This document shows positions 24,373-35,574 of a stretch of DNA of 64,000 nucleotides, piece by piece. Location: assembly GCF_032191835.1 (NCBI RefSeq), contig NC_083233.1, positions 85,312,001-85,376,000 of the forward strand, read 5' to 3'. The position numbers were made by a program, and so were the translations under genes. The stretch is from Heteronotia binoei (Eukaryota). How positions within the stretch are numbered: the stretch's first letter is position 1; each line of letters opens with the position of its first letter. The notes under the pieces were generated by a model, which was not told the DNA's origin, did not search any database, and saw only the letters and a list, made by a program, of their open reading frames with translations.

Positions 24373-26975
24373 AGGGAAGGCCACAGCCTCCACACAATGT
24401 TCTTGGCCCTCCAGAGGAACTGGTCGGCCAGTGAGTGTGACAGGAGGCTGGACTAGATGGGCCCCCCCTGGTCTGATCCAACAGGGCTCTTCTGATGTTC
24501 TTCTCAGGGGAAGGCCTCGGCCTCTCTGCTCTGTTGTTGGCCCTCCAGAGGAACTGGATGGCCACTGAGTGAGACAGGAGGCTAAACTGGATGGACCCTC
24601 CCTGGTCTGGCCCAGCAGGGCCCTCCTGAGGTTCTTCTCAAGGGAAGGCCTCGGCCTCTCTGCCCTGTTCTTGGCCCTCCAGAGGAACTGGGTGGCCACT
24701 GAGTGAGAAAGGAGGCTGGACAGGGTGGATCCTCCCTGGTCTGATCCAGCAGGGCTCTTCTGAAGCACTTCTCAGGGGAAGGCCTTGGACTCTCTGCCCT
24801 GCAGTTGGCCCTTCAGAGGAGCTGGCTGGCCACTGAGTGAGACAGAAGGCTGGACTGGATGGACCCTCCCTGGTCTGACCCAGCAGGGCTCTTCTGATGT
24901 TCTTCTCAGGGGAAGGCCTCGGCCTCTCTGCCCTGCAGTTGGCCCTTCAGAGGAGCTGGCTGGCCACTGAGTGAGACAGAAGGCTGGATTAGATGGACCC
25001 TCCCTGGTCTGACCCAGCAGGGCTCTTCTGATGCTCTTCACAGGGGAAGGCCTCGGCCTCTCTGCCCTGTTGCTGGCCCTCCAGAGGAACTGGTTGGCCA
25101 CTGAGTGAGACAGGAGGCTGGGCTAGATGGACCCTCCCTGGTCTGATCCAGCAGGGCTCTTCTGAGGTTCTTCTCAGGGGAAGGCCGAGGCCTCCCTGCC
25201 GTTGTTGGCCCTCCAGAGGAACTGGCTGGCCACTGAATGAGACAGGAGGCTGGACTATATGGACCCTCCCTGGTCTGATCCAGCAGGGCTCGTCTGAGGT
25301 TCTTCTCAGGGTAAGGCCTCGGCCTCTCTGCCCTGTTGTTGGCCCTCCAGAGGAACTGGCTGGCCACTGTGTGAGGAAAAAGAGGCTGGAGTAGATGGAT
25401 CCTCACTAGTCTGACCCAGCAGGGCTCTTCTGATGTTCTTCTCAGGGGAAGGCCTCGGCCTCTCTGCCCCGTTGTTGTCCCTCCAGAGGAACTGGTTGGC
25501 CACTGTGAGACAGGAGGCTGGACTAGATGGACCCTCCCTGGTCTGATCCGGCAGGGCTGTTCTGATGCTCTTCTCAGGGGAAGGCCTCGGCCTCTCTGCC
25601 CTGTTGCTGGCCCTCCAGAGGAACTGGTTGGTCACTGAGTGAGACAGGAGGCTGGGCTAGATGGACCCTCCCTGGTCTGATCCAGCAGGGCTCTTCTGAG
25701 GTTCTTCTCAGGGGAAGGCCTCGGCCTCTCTGCCCTGTTGTTGGCCCTCCAGAGGAACTGGTTGGCCACTGTGTGAGACAGGAGGCTGGACTAGATGGAC
25801 CCTCCCTGGTCTGATCCAGCAGGGCTCTTCTGAGGTTCTCCTCAGGGGAAGGCCTCAGCCTCTCTGCCCTGTTGTTGGCCCTCCAGAGGAACAGGTTGGC
25901 CACTGTGTGAGACAGGAGGCTGGACTAGATGGACCCTCCCTGGTCTGATCCGGCAGGGCTCTTCTGATGCTCTTCTCAGGGGAAGACCTCAGCCTCCCTG
26001 CCCTGTTGTGGGCCCTCCAGAGGCACTGGCTGGCCACTGTGTGAGACAAAAGCCTGGACTAGATGGACCCTCCCTGGTCTGACCCAGCAGGGCTCTCCTG
26101 ATGTTCTTCTCAGGGGAAGGCCTCGGTCTCTCTGCCCTGTTGTTGGCCCTCCAGAGGAACTGGTTGGCCACTGTTTGAGACAGGAGGCTGGACTAGATGG
26201 ACCCTCCCTGGTCTGATCCAGCAGGGCTATTCTGAGGTTCTCCTCAGGGGAAGGCCTCAGCTTCCCTGCCCTGTTGTGGGCCCTCCAGAGGCACTGGCTG
26301 GCCACTGTGTGAGACAAAAGCCTGGACTAGATGGACCCTCCCTGGTCTGACCCAGCAGGGCTCTCCTGATGTTCTTCTCAGGGGAAGGCCTTGACCTCTC
26401 TGCCCTGTTGTGGGCCCTCCAGAGGCACTGGCTGGCCACTGTGTGAGACAAAAGCCTGGACTAGATGGACCCTCCCTGGTCTGACCCAGCAGGGCTCTCC
26501 TGATGTTCTTCTCAGGGGAAGGCCTCGGTCTCTCTGCCCTGTTGTGGGCCCTCCAGAGGCACTGGCTGGCCACTGTGTGAGACAAAAGCCTGGACTAGAT
26601 GGACCCTCCCTGGTCTGACCCAGCAGGGCTCTCCTGATGTTCTTCTCAGGGGAAGGCCTCGGTCTCTCTGCCCTGTTGTTGGCCCTCCAGAGGAACTGGT
26701 TGGCCACTGTGTGAGACAGGAGGCTGGACTAGATGGACCCTCCCTGGTCTGATCCAGCAGGGCTATTCTGAGGTTCTCCTCAGGGGAAGACCTCAGCCTC
26801 CCTCTCCTGTTGTGGGCCCTCCAGAGGCACTGGCTGGCCACTGTGTGAGACAAAAGCCTGGACTAGATGGACCCTCCCTGGTCTGACCCAGCAGGGCTCT
26901 TCTGAGGTTCATCTCAGGGGAAGGCCTTGACCTCTCTGCCCTGTTGTTGGCCCTCCTGTGGAACTGGTTGGCCAC
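24373..26975 (+). repeat. Tandem array, ~20 x 134 bp, derived from a CR1-type 3' UTR
   Basis: The unit GGGAAGGCCTCGGCCTCTCTGCCCTG...GGACTAGATGGACC...CTGATCCAGCAGGGCTCTTCTGATGTTCTT recurs at ~134-bp spacing. Confidence 0.9.
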
Positions 26976-26981
26976 TGTGTA

Positions 26982-27168
26982 CAGGGCCTGCCCTAGACTG
27001 TCTGGCATCCTAGGCAAGGCCAACTTCTGGCGCCACCCCCTTCCGCACTTATAACCAATTTTCAAAATTAGATGAATTGTGGGGGAAGTGAAATGCCCAA
27101 TTTGGTGCCCCAGAAGGCTGGCGCCCTAGGCAATTGCCTAGTTTTGCCTAATGGCAGTGCCAGCCCTG
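26982..27168. mobile_element. hAT-like MITE inserted in the last array unit
   Basis: CAGGGC...GCCCTG termini and a perfect 8-bp TSD ACTGTGTA. Relatives lie at 29007-29162 and ~54490-54570. Confidence 0.8.
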
Positions 27169-27697
27169 ACTGTGTAGGACAGGATGCCGGACTAGATGAC
27201 CCTGACTGGTCTGATCCAGCAGAGTTCTGCTGTTCTCAATGTCATCTGGACCCCGAAACAAAAGGCCTGGTCCTCAGTCACTTTTTTCACCTCCCTTTTG
27301 GGAAAAAGACCCCACCTTCTGAACCAAACTCACAGCCCTCTTGGTGCTTCCAGCTGCCTCTCTGGCCAAGGAGAGTCTCACATACCACCCCAAGAGCAGC
27401 CTCAGCTGCAGCCAGTCCCGAGATGCCAGCGCCTGCATGTCTGTGGCCTTCCCATCTCTACTCAAAGGCCTGGCTGGTGGGCATGATGGGGGTGGGGAGC
27501 AGGTTCCCTCTGCCAGGTCAGGAGAGCTATCCAAGCAGGAGAACCAGTTGGTGGTGGGGGGGGGGGGGGTAGATGTCTTTTCCCCGCAGGCAGTCAGGCC
27601 TTGTGGGTTAAAAATTCCAACCAAATCTAGAGTTCCTCTGATCCCCCTGTGGGTAGAAACAGCTGCTGAGCCTTGAATTCCCGCCCCCTCTCCTCTC

Positions 27698-29001
27698 CAA
27701 GGCAGCCTCCGTACTGGGTCCCATGCTCTTTAACTTGTTCATTATTGATTTGGAGTTGGGAGTAAACAGTGAACTGCTAAGTTTGCGGATGACACTAAAT
27801 TGTTCAGAGTGGTGAGAACCAGAGAAGATTGTGAGGCACTCCAAAGGGATCTGCTGAGGCTGGGTGAGTGGGCGTCAACGTGGCAGATGAGCTTCAGTGT
27901 GGCCAAGTGCAAAGTAATGCACATTGGGGCCAAGAATCCCAGCTACAAATACAAGTTGATGGGGTGTGAACTGGCAGAGACTGACCAAGAGAGAGATCTT
28001 GGGGTCATGGTAGATAACTCACTGAAAATGTCAAGACAGTGTGCGATTGCAATAAAAAGGGCCAACACCATGCTGGGAATTATTAGGAAGGGTACTTAAA
28101 ACAAATCAGCCAGTATCATAATGCCCCTGTATAAATCGATGGTGCAGCCTCATTTGGAGTACTGTGTACAATTCTGGTCACCGCACCTCAAAAAAGATAT
28201 TCTAGCATTGTAAAAAGTGCAGAAAAGGGCAACTAGAATGATTAAAGGGTTGGAACACTTTTCCTATGAAGAAAGGCTAAAACGCTTGGGGCTCTTTAGC
28301 CAGGAGAAACGTTGACTGTGGGGTGACACAATATTTACAAGATTCTGCATGGGATAGAGAAGGTAGAGAAAGAAGTCCTTTTCTTCCTTTCTCACAATAC
28401 AAGAACTTGTGGACATTCAATGAAATTGCTGAACTGTTGGGTTAGAACTGATAAAAGGAAGTCCTTCTTCACCCAAAGGGCAATTAACGTGTGGAATTCA
28501 CTGCTACAGGAAGTGGTGGTGATTACAAGCATACAAGAGGGGAATGGATAAGCATATGGAGCAGAGGTCCATCAGTGGCTATTAGCCACAGCATACTGAT
28601 GGAACTCTCTGTCTGGGGCAATGATGCTCTGTCTTCTAGGTGCTTGGGGGGGGGGGGGCACAGTAGCAGGGCTTCTAGCGTCCTGGCCCCACTGGTGGAT
28701 CTTCTGATGGCACTTGTTTTTTTGGTCACTGTGGGACACAGAGTGTTGGACTGGAGGGGCCATTGGCCTGATGCAACAGGGCTTCTTTTCTGTTCTTATG
28801 TGACACAGGGTGTTGGACTGGATGGGCCACTGGCCTGATCCAACAGGGCTTCTCTTATGTTCTTATGTGACACAGAGTGTTGGACTGGAGGGGCCACTGG
28901 CCTGATCCAACATGGCTTCTCTGATGTTCTTATGTGACACAAAGTGTTGGACTGGATGGGCCACTGGCCTGATCCAACAGGGCTTCTCTGATGTTCTTAT
29001 G
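27698..29001 (+). mobile_element. 5'-truncated, degenerate CR1 LINE with a 4x67-bp duplicated terminus
   Basis: RT motif [12 protein letters not shown], a premature stop near 28099, and 3'-terminal repeats at 28731-29001. Confidence 0.9.
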
Positions 29002-29006
29002 CTCTG

Positions 29007-29162
29007 CAGGGGCAGCCCTGTCACTAGGGAAACTAGGAGATTGCCTAGGACACTGGCCCTCTGGGGGCACCAAATTGGGCGCCCCCTCCCCTGTGACGTC
29101 ATCAGTGCGGGGGTGGCGGCTGGGGGGCTTGCCTAGGGTGCCAACAGTCTAGGGCCGGCCTG
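29007..29162. mobile_element. hAT-like MITE, inverted relative to 26982-27168
   Basis: Both ends align to the reverse complement of 26982-27168. No clear TSD. Confidence 0.6.
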
Positions 29163-29399
29163 TCCCCCGGGGCTTGGTAGACTTGGCAGCCAGTTTCCGC
29201 GCCCAGCACGAGGGCAGGCGCTGCCATGGAGGCTGGGTGCTGAGCTGGCAGCCCCCTCCCCGCCTCCCGTCCCGTGCCCTGCTGCAGGCCCAGCCTGGGG
29301 GGCCGGAGGAGCCCTGCTGGCGCGCACAACTGGAAGAGCCGGCTGGTCCCGCAAGCTCAGCACGGGTTCCCGGAAGGAAGCCGCCTCTTCTCGGGCTGC

Positions 29400-29950
29400 C
29401 TCCCGCCGCCGCCGGGGACACAAAGGAGCGAGCAGCTGCCGCCACTGCTGCAGGGCCGCCCCCTCCTCCGCCCGGCCCGGGGAGCTCGTCCCTGCAGGCA
29501 GGTGGGCCCCGCCGCAGCCGTCCCTGCCCTGCCCTTGGGGGGCCGCGTGTGTGCGCGTGCGTGCAGGAGGCGGGCCCCCCCTCCATCCTCGCCCTCCCCC
29601 GCCCCCCGGGCGCGTGACGTGCAGGAGGCGCCGCCAGTGGAGGCCGCCAGGGGCACCCGAGCGCCCAGCCAGCCGGGCAGGCAGCAGCAGCAGCAGCCCC
29701 GACGGAAGGACGGGCGAGAGGCGGCGGTGAGTCCCTCCGAAGCGGCGCCCCCTCCCCTCCCCGAGCGGAGCCGAGCCTCCGCCGCGCAGCCGGGCCAGGG
29801 GAGCTCCGCGCTCCTCACCCGCCTCCAACCGCGGGCTGTGGGTTCAGGTCCCGGCACAGCTGCCCCCCCCCCAGCCGGGGCGCGCGGGCACTCCCTCCCG
29901 GGCTCTCTGCTGCGAGGCGGCGGGGGCTCCTCGGGAGCTGCGTTGGGGGT
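29400..29950 (+). promoter_or_regulatory. TPST2: TPST2 CpG-island promoter and non-coding exon 1
   Basis: Very GC- and CpG-rich and TATA-less, with donor GCG|GTGAGT after 29726. It lies ~5.8 kb upstream of the first coding exon. Confidence 0.7.
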
Positions 29951-30733
29951 TGGTCAGCGTGCCCTCCGGCTGCCCGGCTGTGCCAGGAGGAGAAGGCTGG
30001 GGAGGGCGTCTCTTGCAGAGCGAGGACCCACCGAGGCTGGGCCGGAGCCACCCGGCGGCCCAGGGTTGGCATTGGGGCCCTGGCAACGCCTCTGGCTGAG
30101 CCCCCTTCGTGGCCTGTGTGCTCTGCCAGCAGAAGGCCAGGGAAACCTTTGTAGTTGTGGTGCCCCGTTGTCCACTCAGGCCAGCAGCGGCAGCTCTCCA
30201 GGATCTCACCCAGGCAGAGGGAAATCTTTCCCAGCACCGCCTGCCGGGTCCTTCCCTTGAACCTGGGACCTTGTGCATGCGAAGTAGAGGCTCTTCCACT
30301 GAGCCACAGGCCAGTGGTCCACCTAGTCCAGCAGCCAAGCAGCTGCCCTGGAGCACTTAGAGGCTGAGGCCTTCCTGGAGGCTGCTTCCCAGGACTAAGA
30401 TAGACTGCCTTTCAATATGGAGGTTCCTTTTGGTGACCATGACTAGTACCTGCTCAAGTCCTCTGCAGACTTGTCAAGCCCCCTTTGAAAGCCATCTGCC
30501 TTGTGGCCAGCACGCCCGTCTCCACTGGCAGGGAATGCCCGCTCAGTTGGGTTGAGATGCCAGGACTCTGGGCACTTGTGTGCCTGAAGAACAGAGGCCG
30601 GCTCCTTTTGGAAAGGGGGTGGGGCGGGCAAAATGGTCTTTGTGGGAGCACAGAGCAGCAGATGAGATCTCTGAAAGGAGGCTGCTGAATCCACCCAAAC
30701 CACTCCGCCTTCCTGTTGCAGTCAGAAAGACAC

Positions 30734-30908
30734 CGGAAACTAGTTTTCAGGCAATTCTTGTTTTGCATTATCATTAAAGTGTGAAACTGTCCAGAAACCT
30801 TTTTCTAGCGAGTCTCGTTTTGCACTGTCATTAAAGTGTGAAACTGTCCGGAAACCTTTTTCTAGCGAGTCTCGTTTTGCACTGTCATTAAAGCATGAAA
30901 CTGTCCAG
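30734..30908. repeat. 57-bp tandem repeat, ~3 copies
   Basis: CATTAAAG recurs at 30772, 30829 and 30886. Confidence 0.8.
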
Positions 30909-33169
30909 TTTGTTCAAATCCTGGTTTGTTTGTTTTTCTAAAGCATGCTTTATTTGAGAAGAGAAGTTCAAGAAAATTCTAACTTGGATTTCACCCCCCA
31001 CCAAATGCCTATTGGTGTTCTGATGCACTTCCAAAAACATTATTGTCAAAGGCTGGTGTGGCTGAAGTTTGGGGGTGGGCTGGGCTTGGGGGACCTCAGC
31101 AGTACAGAATATTGGCTTCCACTTGGCAAGACAGAAGGGAAGGTGATGGCCATTCTGGCCTCCAGAAGTTAAATGTTGCAGTGTTGTTCTTACTTGTACT
31201 GTTCTGTCTTTTTGTGTTCTGTACAGGTGAGTTTTGGGCCCAGCTCTTTTCTCCTCCTTTTCTTGGATGTGTGAGAACATCACATTTTGCAATAGTTGCT
31301 TTGAGCTCTTGTGTCCTGGGAAGTGTTGCATACAGCCTGACCCCTTTGTTCCCAGAAATGTGGACATCCATCCAGACAACAAAAATATTCCCTTGCTTGT
31401 TTGGTGCCAACAGGCAAAGAGGGAAGAGGATGAACTGGCTTTGGGGAGGGGGCAGCTTAATCCCTGATCTGCCCCCCCCCTTGTGCAAACAGGAGGCAAT
31501 TCCTGCAGGGGTTATGGTGGTCTGCTCTCGAGGTGACTAGAACCCTGAACCAAAGCCTCTGTTTGCTAAGTGGGGAGGTGGGGGCGCAGCTATTGAATAC
31601 ATCTTATAGAGAGTTGCAGCCAGTTCCTGATTTGCTGGTGGCTGCAGGGCTTTTGCTCTGAAAACTGGAGTAGGGGGGAGTGCAGTTCTTACCTGCTGCC
31701 AGCCCTGGCTGTCTGCTCGGTGCAGGTGAAGAGCATTGGAGGGGAGGCTCTCCTGCGAGGGAGGGAGGGAGGGGGATGACCTCCAAGCAAAAGTCCCCTT
31801 CTTTCTCCTTACTGGCTCCATGTCTTCACATGGGTGTCCCTGCCTGAGCATGTTGCAGTGAGAGGAGATGCAGCGGGGCTTTTGGGGTCCAGGTTCGGCC
31901 CTCCCTGTCTTGAGGGTTCTGCAGCTCCTCCTCTGTCCCCTGGTTTGGGGAGGGGGAGAAACCCTTATTTAGTCATTAAAGAAATGCTGCTCCAGTTTGT
32001 GATTCCCAAAACAAAGTTTGAGTCAAGAGGCACCTTTAAAACCAAAAAAGTTTAATTCTGTGTAGACGCTTTCATGTGCATGCCCAGAATAATAAGACTG
32101 CATTGGTCTGAAAGGTGTCTCTCGACTCAAACGCTGCTCTGTTGCTTCAGACCAACAGGGTTACCCGCTGGACTCTGTTAGCAGGATGAAGAAACTCATT
32201 TCTGACCACAGAAGCCAGCCCCCTCCGCTCCCCCTCCTCTTCCAGGCATCTGCCCTCTCTGCAGCATCTGCTGGGTTTCTTGCAGGCCTGCCGAAGGAGC
32301 CTGTCTTTGTTCAGGCATGGGCATGGAGAGGACTCAGAGGGTCCTTGGCTCTTGGCTGCTCTCGGAATCCCTTAGCAACCAGCTCAACTGACTGTTCTGG
32401 AATCCTGAGCCTGCCTGCTCTGGAATGGCCTTGCCAGGGGCCTCTGGCTCCAAGAAAAGAGAGAGAGTGGAGCTGCAGGCAGGTGGGGGTGGGGGTGGGA
32501 TGGAGGTTTCCTTCCAGGTGGTCTGGAATGCACGGCAGAGGAGGTGCTCCTGCAGAGGTGGGGCAGGTGGGGGCATCATTTTTCCTGCCCTGCCTCACTC
32601 TTTGGCTTCTTTTACAGCCTGGGGAGTGGAGGGGGGAGGAAGAAGAGGCAGGTGGGAGACGGACACGGAAGCAAATGCAGCAGCCTCCCCTTTCCTTAAC
32701 AGCAGAAACACAGACTCCACCCCTTTCATCTCTTGCTCTCTGCGTGTGGTTTTTCTTGTTGCCTGTGTAGAACACGTGTAAACGTCTTGTGTGAAAGGAA
32801 CCCTTGGCTAGACTCCCTCCACAAATGGGTGTCCTGCCAATAGGAGCCATTCTGTGGCTATGGAGCAGAACCAGGTGCAGAGCAGAGAAGCTGGGCTTGC
32901 TGCGGTCTGGTGACCTCTCTCTTCAGGCTCAGAATGCCAGCCGTGTTCTCAACATGGTAGAGAGGGCAGGGCCCCTTGCTGGTCTTGTGGGGCCAGTTGC
33001 TTGCCTCAGGGTCCTTTCGTGGGCGCTGGCCTTTCTGACTTTACTGCTCTTGAGAAATGGTCACGGGGGCTTACCTGCACCAGTCTTTTTCGTTAACCGT
33101 ATGAGAAAGTATTTAAATTGCTCCACAGACTGGAATTTCAAATCCTTTTTGACTTTATTCACTGTAGGG

Positions 33170-33290
33170 CAGGGGTGGCCAATGGTAGCTTTCCAGAACT
33201 CCCATCAGCCCCAGCCAGCATGGCCAATGGCTGGGGCTGATGAGAGTTGTAGGCAAAAAACATCCTGAGAGCTACCGTTGGCCACCCCTG
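33170..33290. mobile_element. hAT (Charlie/MER5-like) MITE
   Basis: 21-bp TIR CAGGGGTGGCCAAYGGTAGCT, with 8-bp flanks matching 6/8. Confidence 0.7.
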
Positions 33291-34537
33291 CTGCAGGACA
33301 TTGCCCCCAGCCCCTGCTTTTGTGGGCAAGGGGGAGAGAAAGCTGGTGTGTGGTGCTGGTGGTTTTTAGAGCTGAATTTCCCCCTTTCTTTTTCTCATAG
33401 TCTGCAATTTAAAAGGTGATTTTTAATTACAAATCTTGCTTAAATTCCACCCCTTCCTCACGGATTCTTCTCTGTGACGGCCATGTGTATTTTGTGTTCT
33501 TTAGCCAGAGCCAGTCTGGTTGCTGCTGTTAAAGGCAGAAGAGACATGTGTGTTCTTCGCCTTCCTGCTGTATTTTTGAACACCGGGAGAGAGGAAGTTT
33601 CATCAGGCCTGGCTGCAGGGGAAGCTGCCCTTTCCTTCCTCTTCTTTGCAGGGAGTTAGTTCTGCTTTGCCTCTGGCCTCTGCTGCCTTGTGGCCTTCCC
33701 GGCACACACTTCTTCACCTCCCACAACATGGTTGCCCATCTGTTGTCATGGCAACAAGTGTCAAAGGAGACCCATTCTGTGCCAGGAGCTTGCCACTGGC
33801 TTGCGTCGCTGATGAAATAAGGGATAGATATCTTCTCAGGAGCAGGCCACTGGCAAGAGCGGGTTGTTGTGAGAGTCCTTCTCACAAGACGGCTGGCTGG
33901 CTTCAGGGCTCATTCAGGGGGCCTCCTCAACAGGCCGGGCCCGTTCACGTAGCAGTGCTTAGCCTGCAGTCTCTGGCAGGGGTGAATCCAGAGGCTACTG
34001 ATGAGCTCCGGCCGGCACAAACGTGTGGTGAAATCCAACTTGTTCACTTGGCAGATCTCTGGGGCAGGAAAGCTCCCCCTGGCACAACGTGGCCACCTCC
34101 TGCCTGGCTGCGCTTCCTCTTCTGGGCAGAGGTGATGCTGGGAACAGCCCACAGGGCAGTTGGCAAAAGTCCACTGGCAGAGCAGTTGCCCCAGGGTCTC
34201 AGCAGGCAGTTGCATAACCGCTGCTCTGGGCAGCCTGAAGGGCAGCTGCAGGCCTCCTCCTCTGGTGCTCGATGGCACAGCCCTTGCACAAACGACAGCT
34301 GGGGCACAGCCAGGCCTCTCTGGCTTTCTGCCCAGTGCAGCACCATGTCGTTGCTCAGGAGCCTGTAAGCAGAGGGTAGAAATCTGTCCAGAGAAACATT
34401 AATTGGGAGGGAGGGAGGGCAGGGGACCGTACCTGGGGAACAGGAGGAGGCTTCTTCCAAGCTGTTCCCAGGTAGATCAGCCAGACTGCTGAGCAAGCAC
34501 CTGACCTTGTGGTTTTCCCTTTCTGTTCCCTCCCCAG

Positions 34538-34606
34538 GATTTCTCTCCCTTCCCCGTTTTTGAGCCCAGCAAGTGGTGAGCGACAAAATGAACTTCCCAG
34601 GGCAAG
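34538..34606 (+). other. TPST2: Candidate non-coding 5' UTR exon of TPST2 (69 nt)
   Basis: CTGAC branch-like site at 34501, long pyrimidine tract, CAG acceptor, and AAG|GTGAGT donor. Confidence 0.55.
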
Positions 34607-35574
34607 GTGAGTGTCACCCTAATGGGCTCTTCTGACATATATTGGCAGTGTGTTAATGAATATTTGATGCTATTGCATTCTCGCTCCCCCCCACCGCCCT
34701 GCATGCACCATTAATATTTGAACATGTTCATAGCCACAAGACACACCAATTAAGACTTGCTGGTTGTTGGCATTATTGGAAGGGAATTCGGGGGGAGGGC
34801 AGGGGGGCTTGCTGGCGGTGTCCTTGACCCCAAGGATGAGATTTGCGCCGGCTTGAATTGGTCTGGATTCCCACCTGTGGCTTTCTCGCACAGTGCGTGC
34901 TGGACTCGGCTTTGGCAATGGCGACATGTACCTCCCCCCCGCACACTCTAAAAGCTTTTCTAATGGGCCACGTGCCCTTTCCTCCTGGTTAAAGTTATCT
35001 GCATTGCACACCCATTTCGCATTAAAGCAGCAATCCCCAGTCTGAATCAGTCCTCAGTCTAATGGACTTTGTGATTCTCTGGGCCATTTTTGAGCTGGTC
35101 CCGATCCTAGGGGCTTTCTTAGCTTTGGGTGGGGGAGGCCAAGCACACTGCAGGGCTCAGGTCAGGTAGCAACAAAGTTTAAAACAATACCCTAGATTGC
35201 AGTTATCAAAACAGTAGGATTTCCCAGAACTTGAGCTTCAACATGCATTCCTGCACAGAGTTGTCTCCTTTTAACCTCACTGACATCCATGGCCTTGGAA
35301 GGGGGTGTGATTTTGCTTCAGATCGACTCTTTGCACACTGGCCCCTCCCCACACTGCCATGTCTGAGACTGGCGGAACTCCCTTCTTGCAGGTTTTGAAG
35401 AGGTGCAGATTAAGAAGAGGTGTGTGATGTAACACTTGCAGGCTGCGTCCTTTCTGACTCTGCCTTGATTTATTGGCTTTGTCTTGACAGATCGTCTTTG
35501 CGGCCTCTTCTTGTCTGGAAGCTGAAAGCAGAGCAGATCCCACAGGTTTCTGGGCCCATGTGGGTGGGGAGAGG

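Noticed and set aside
24373-29001. 134-bp unit as a dimer of the 67-bp CR1 terminal repeat
   Set aside because: The two halves of the 134-bp unit are not similar to each other, so the 2:1 ratio looks coincidental.
29102-30360. Long overlapping ORFs in the TPST2 CpG island
   Set aside because: Stop codons are scarce at high GC content, and there is no recognisable protein similarity.
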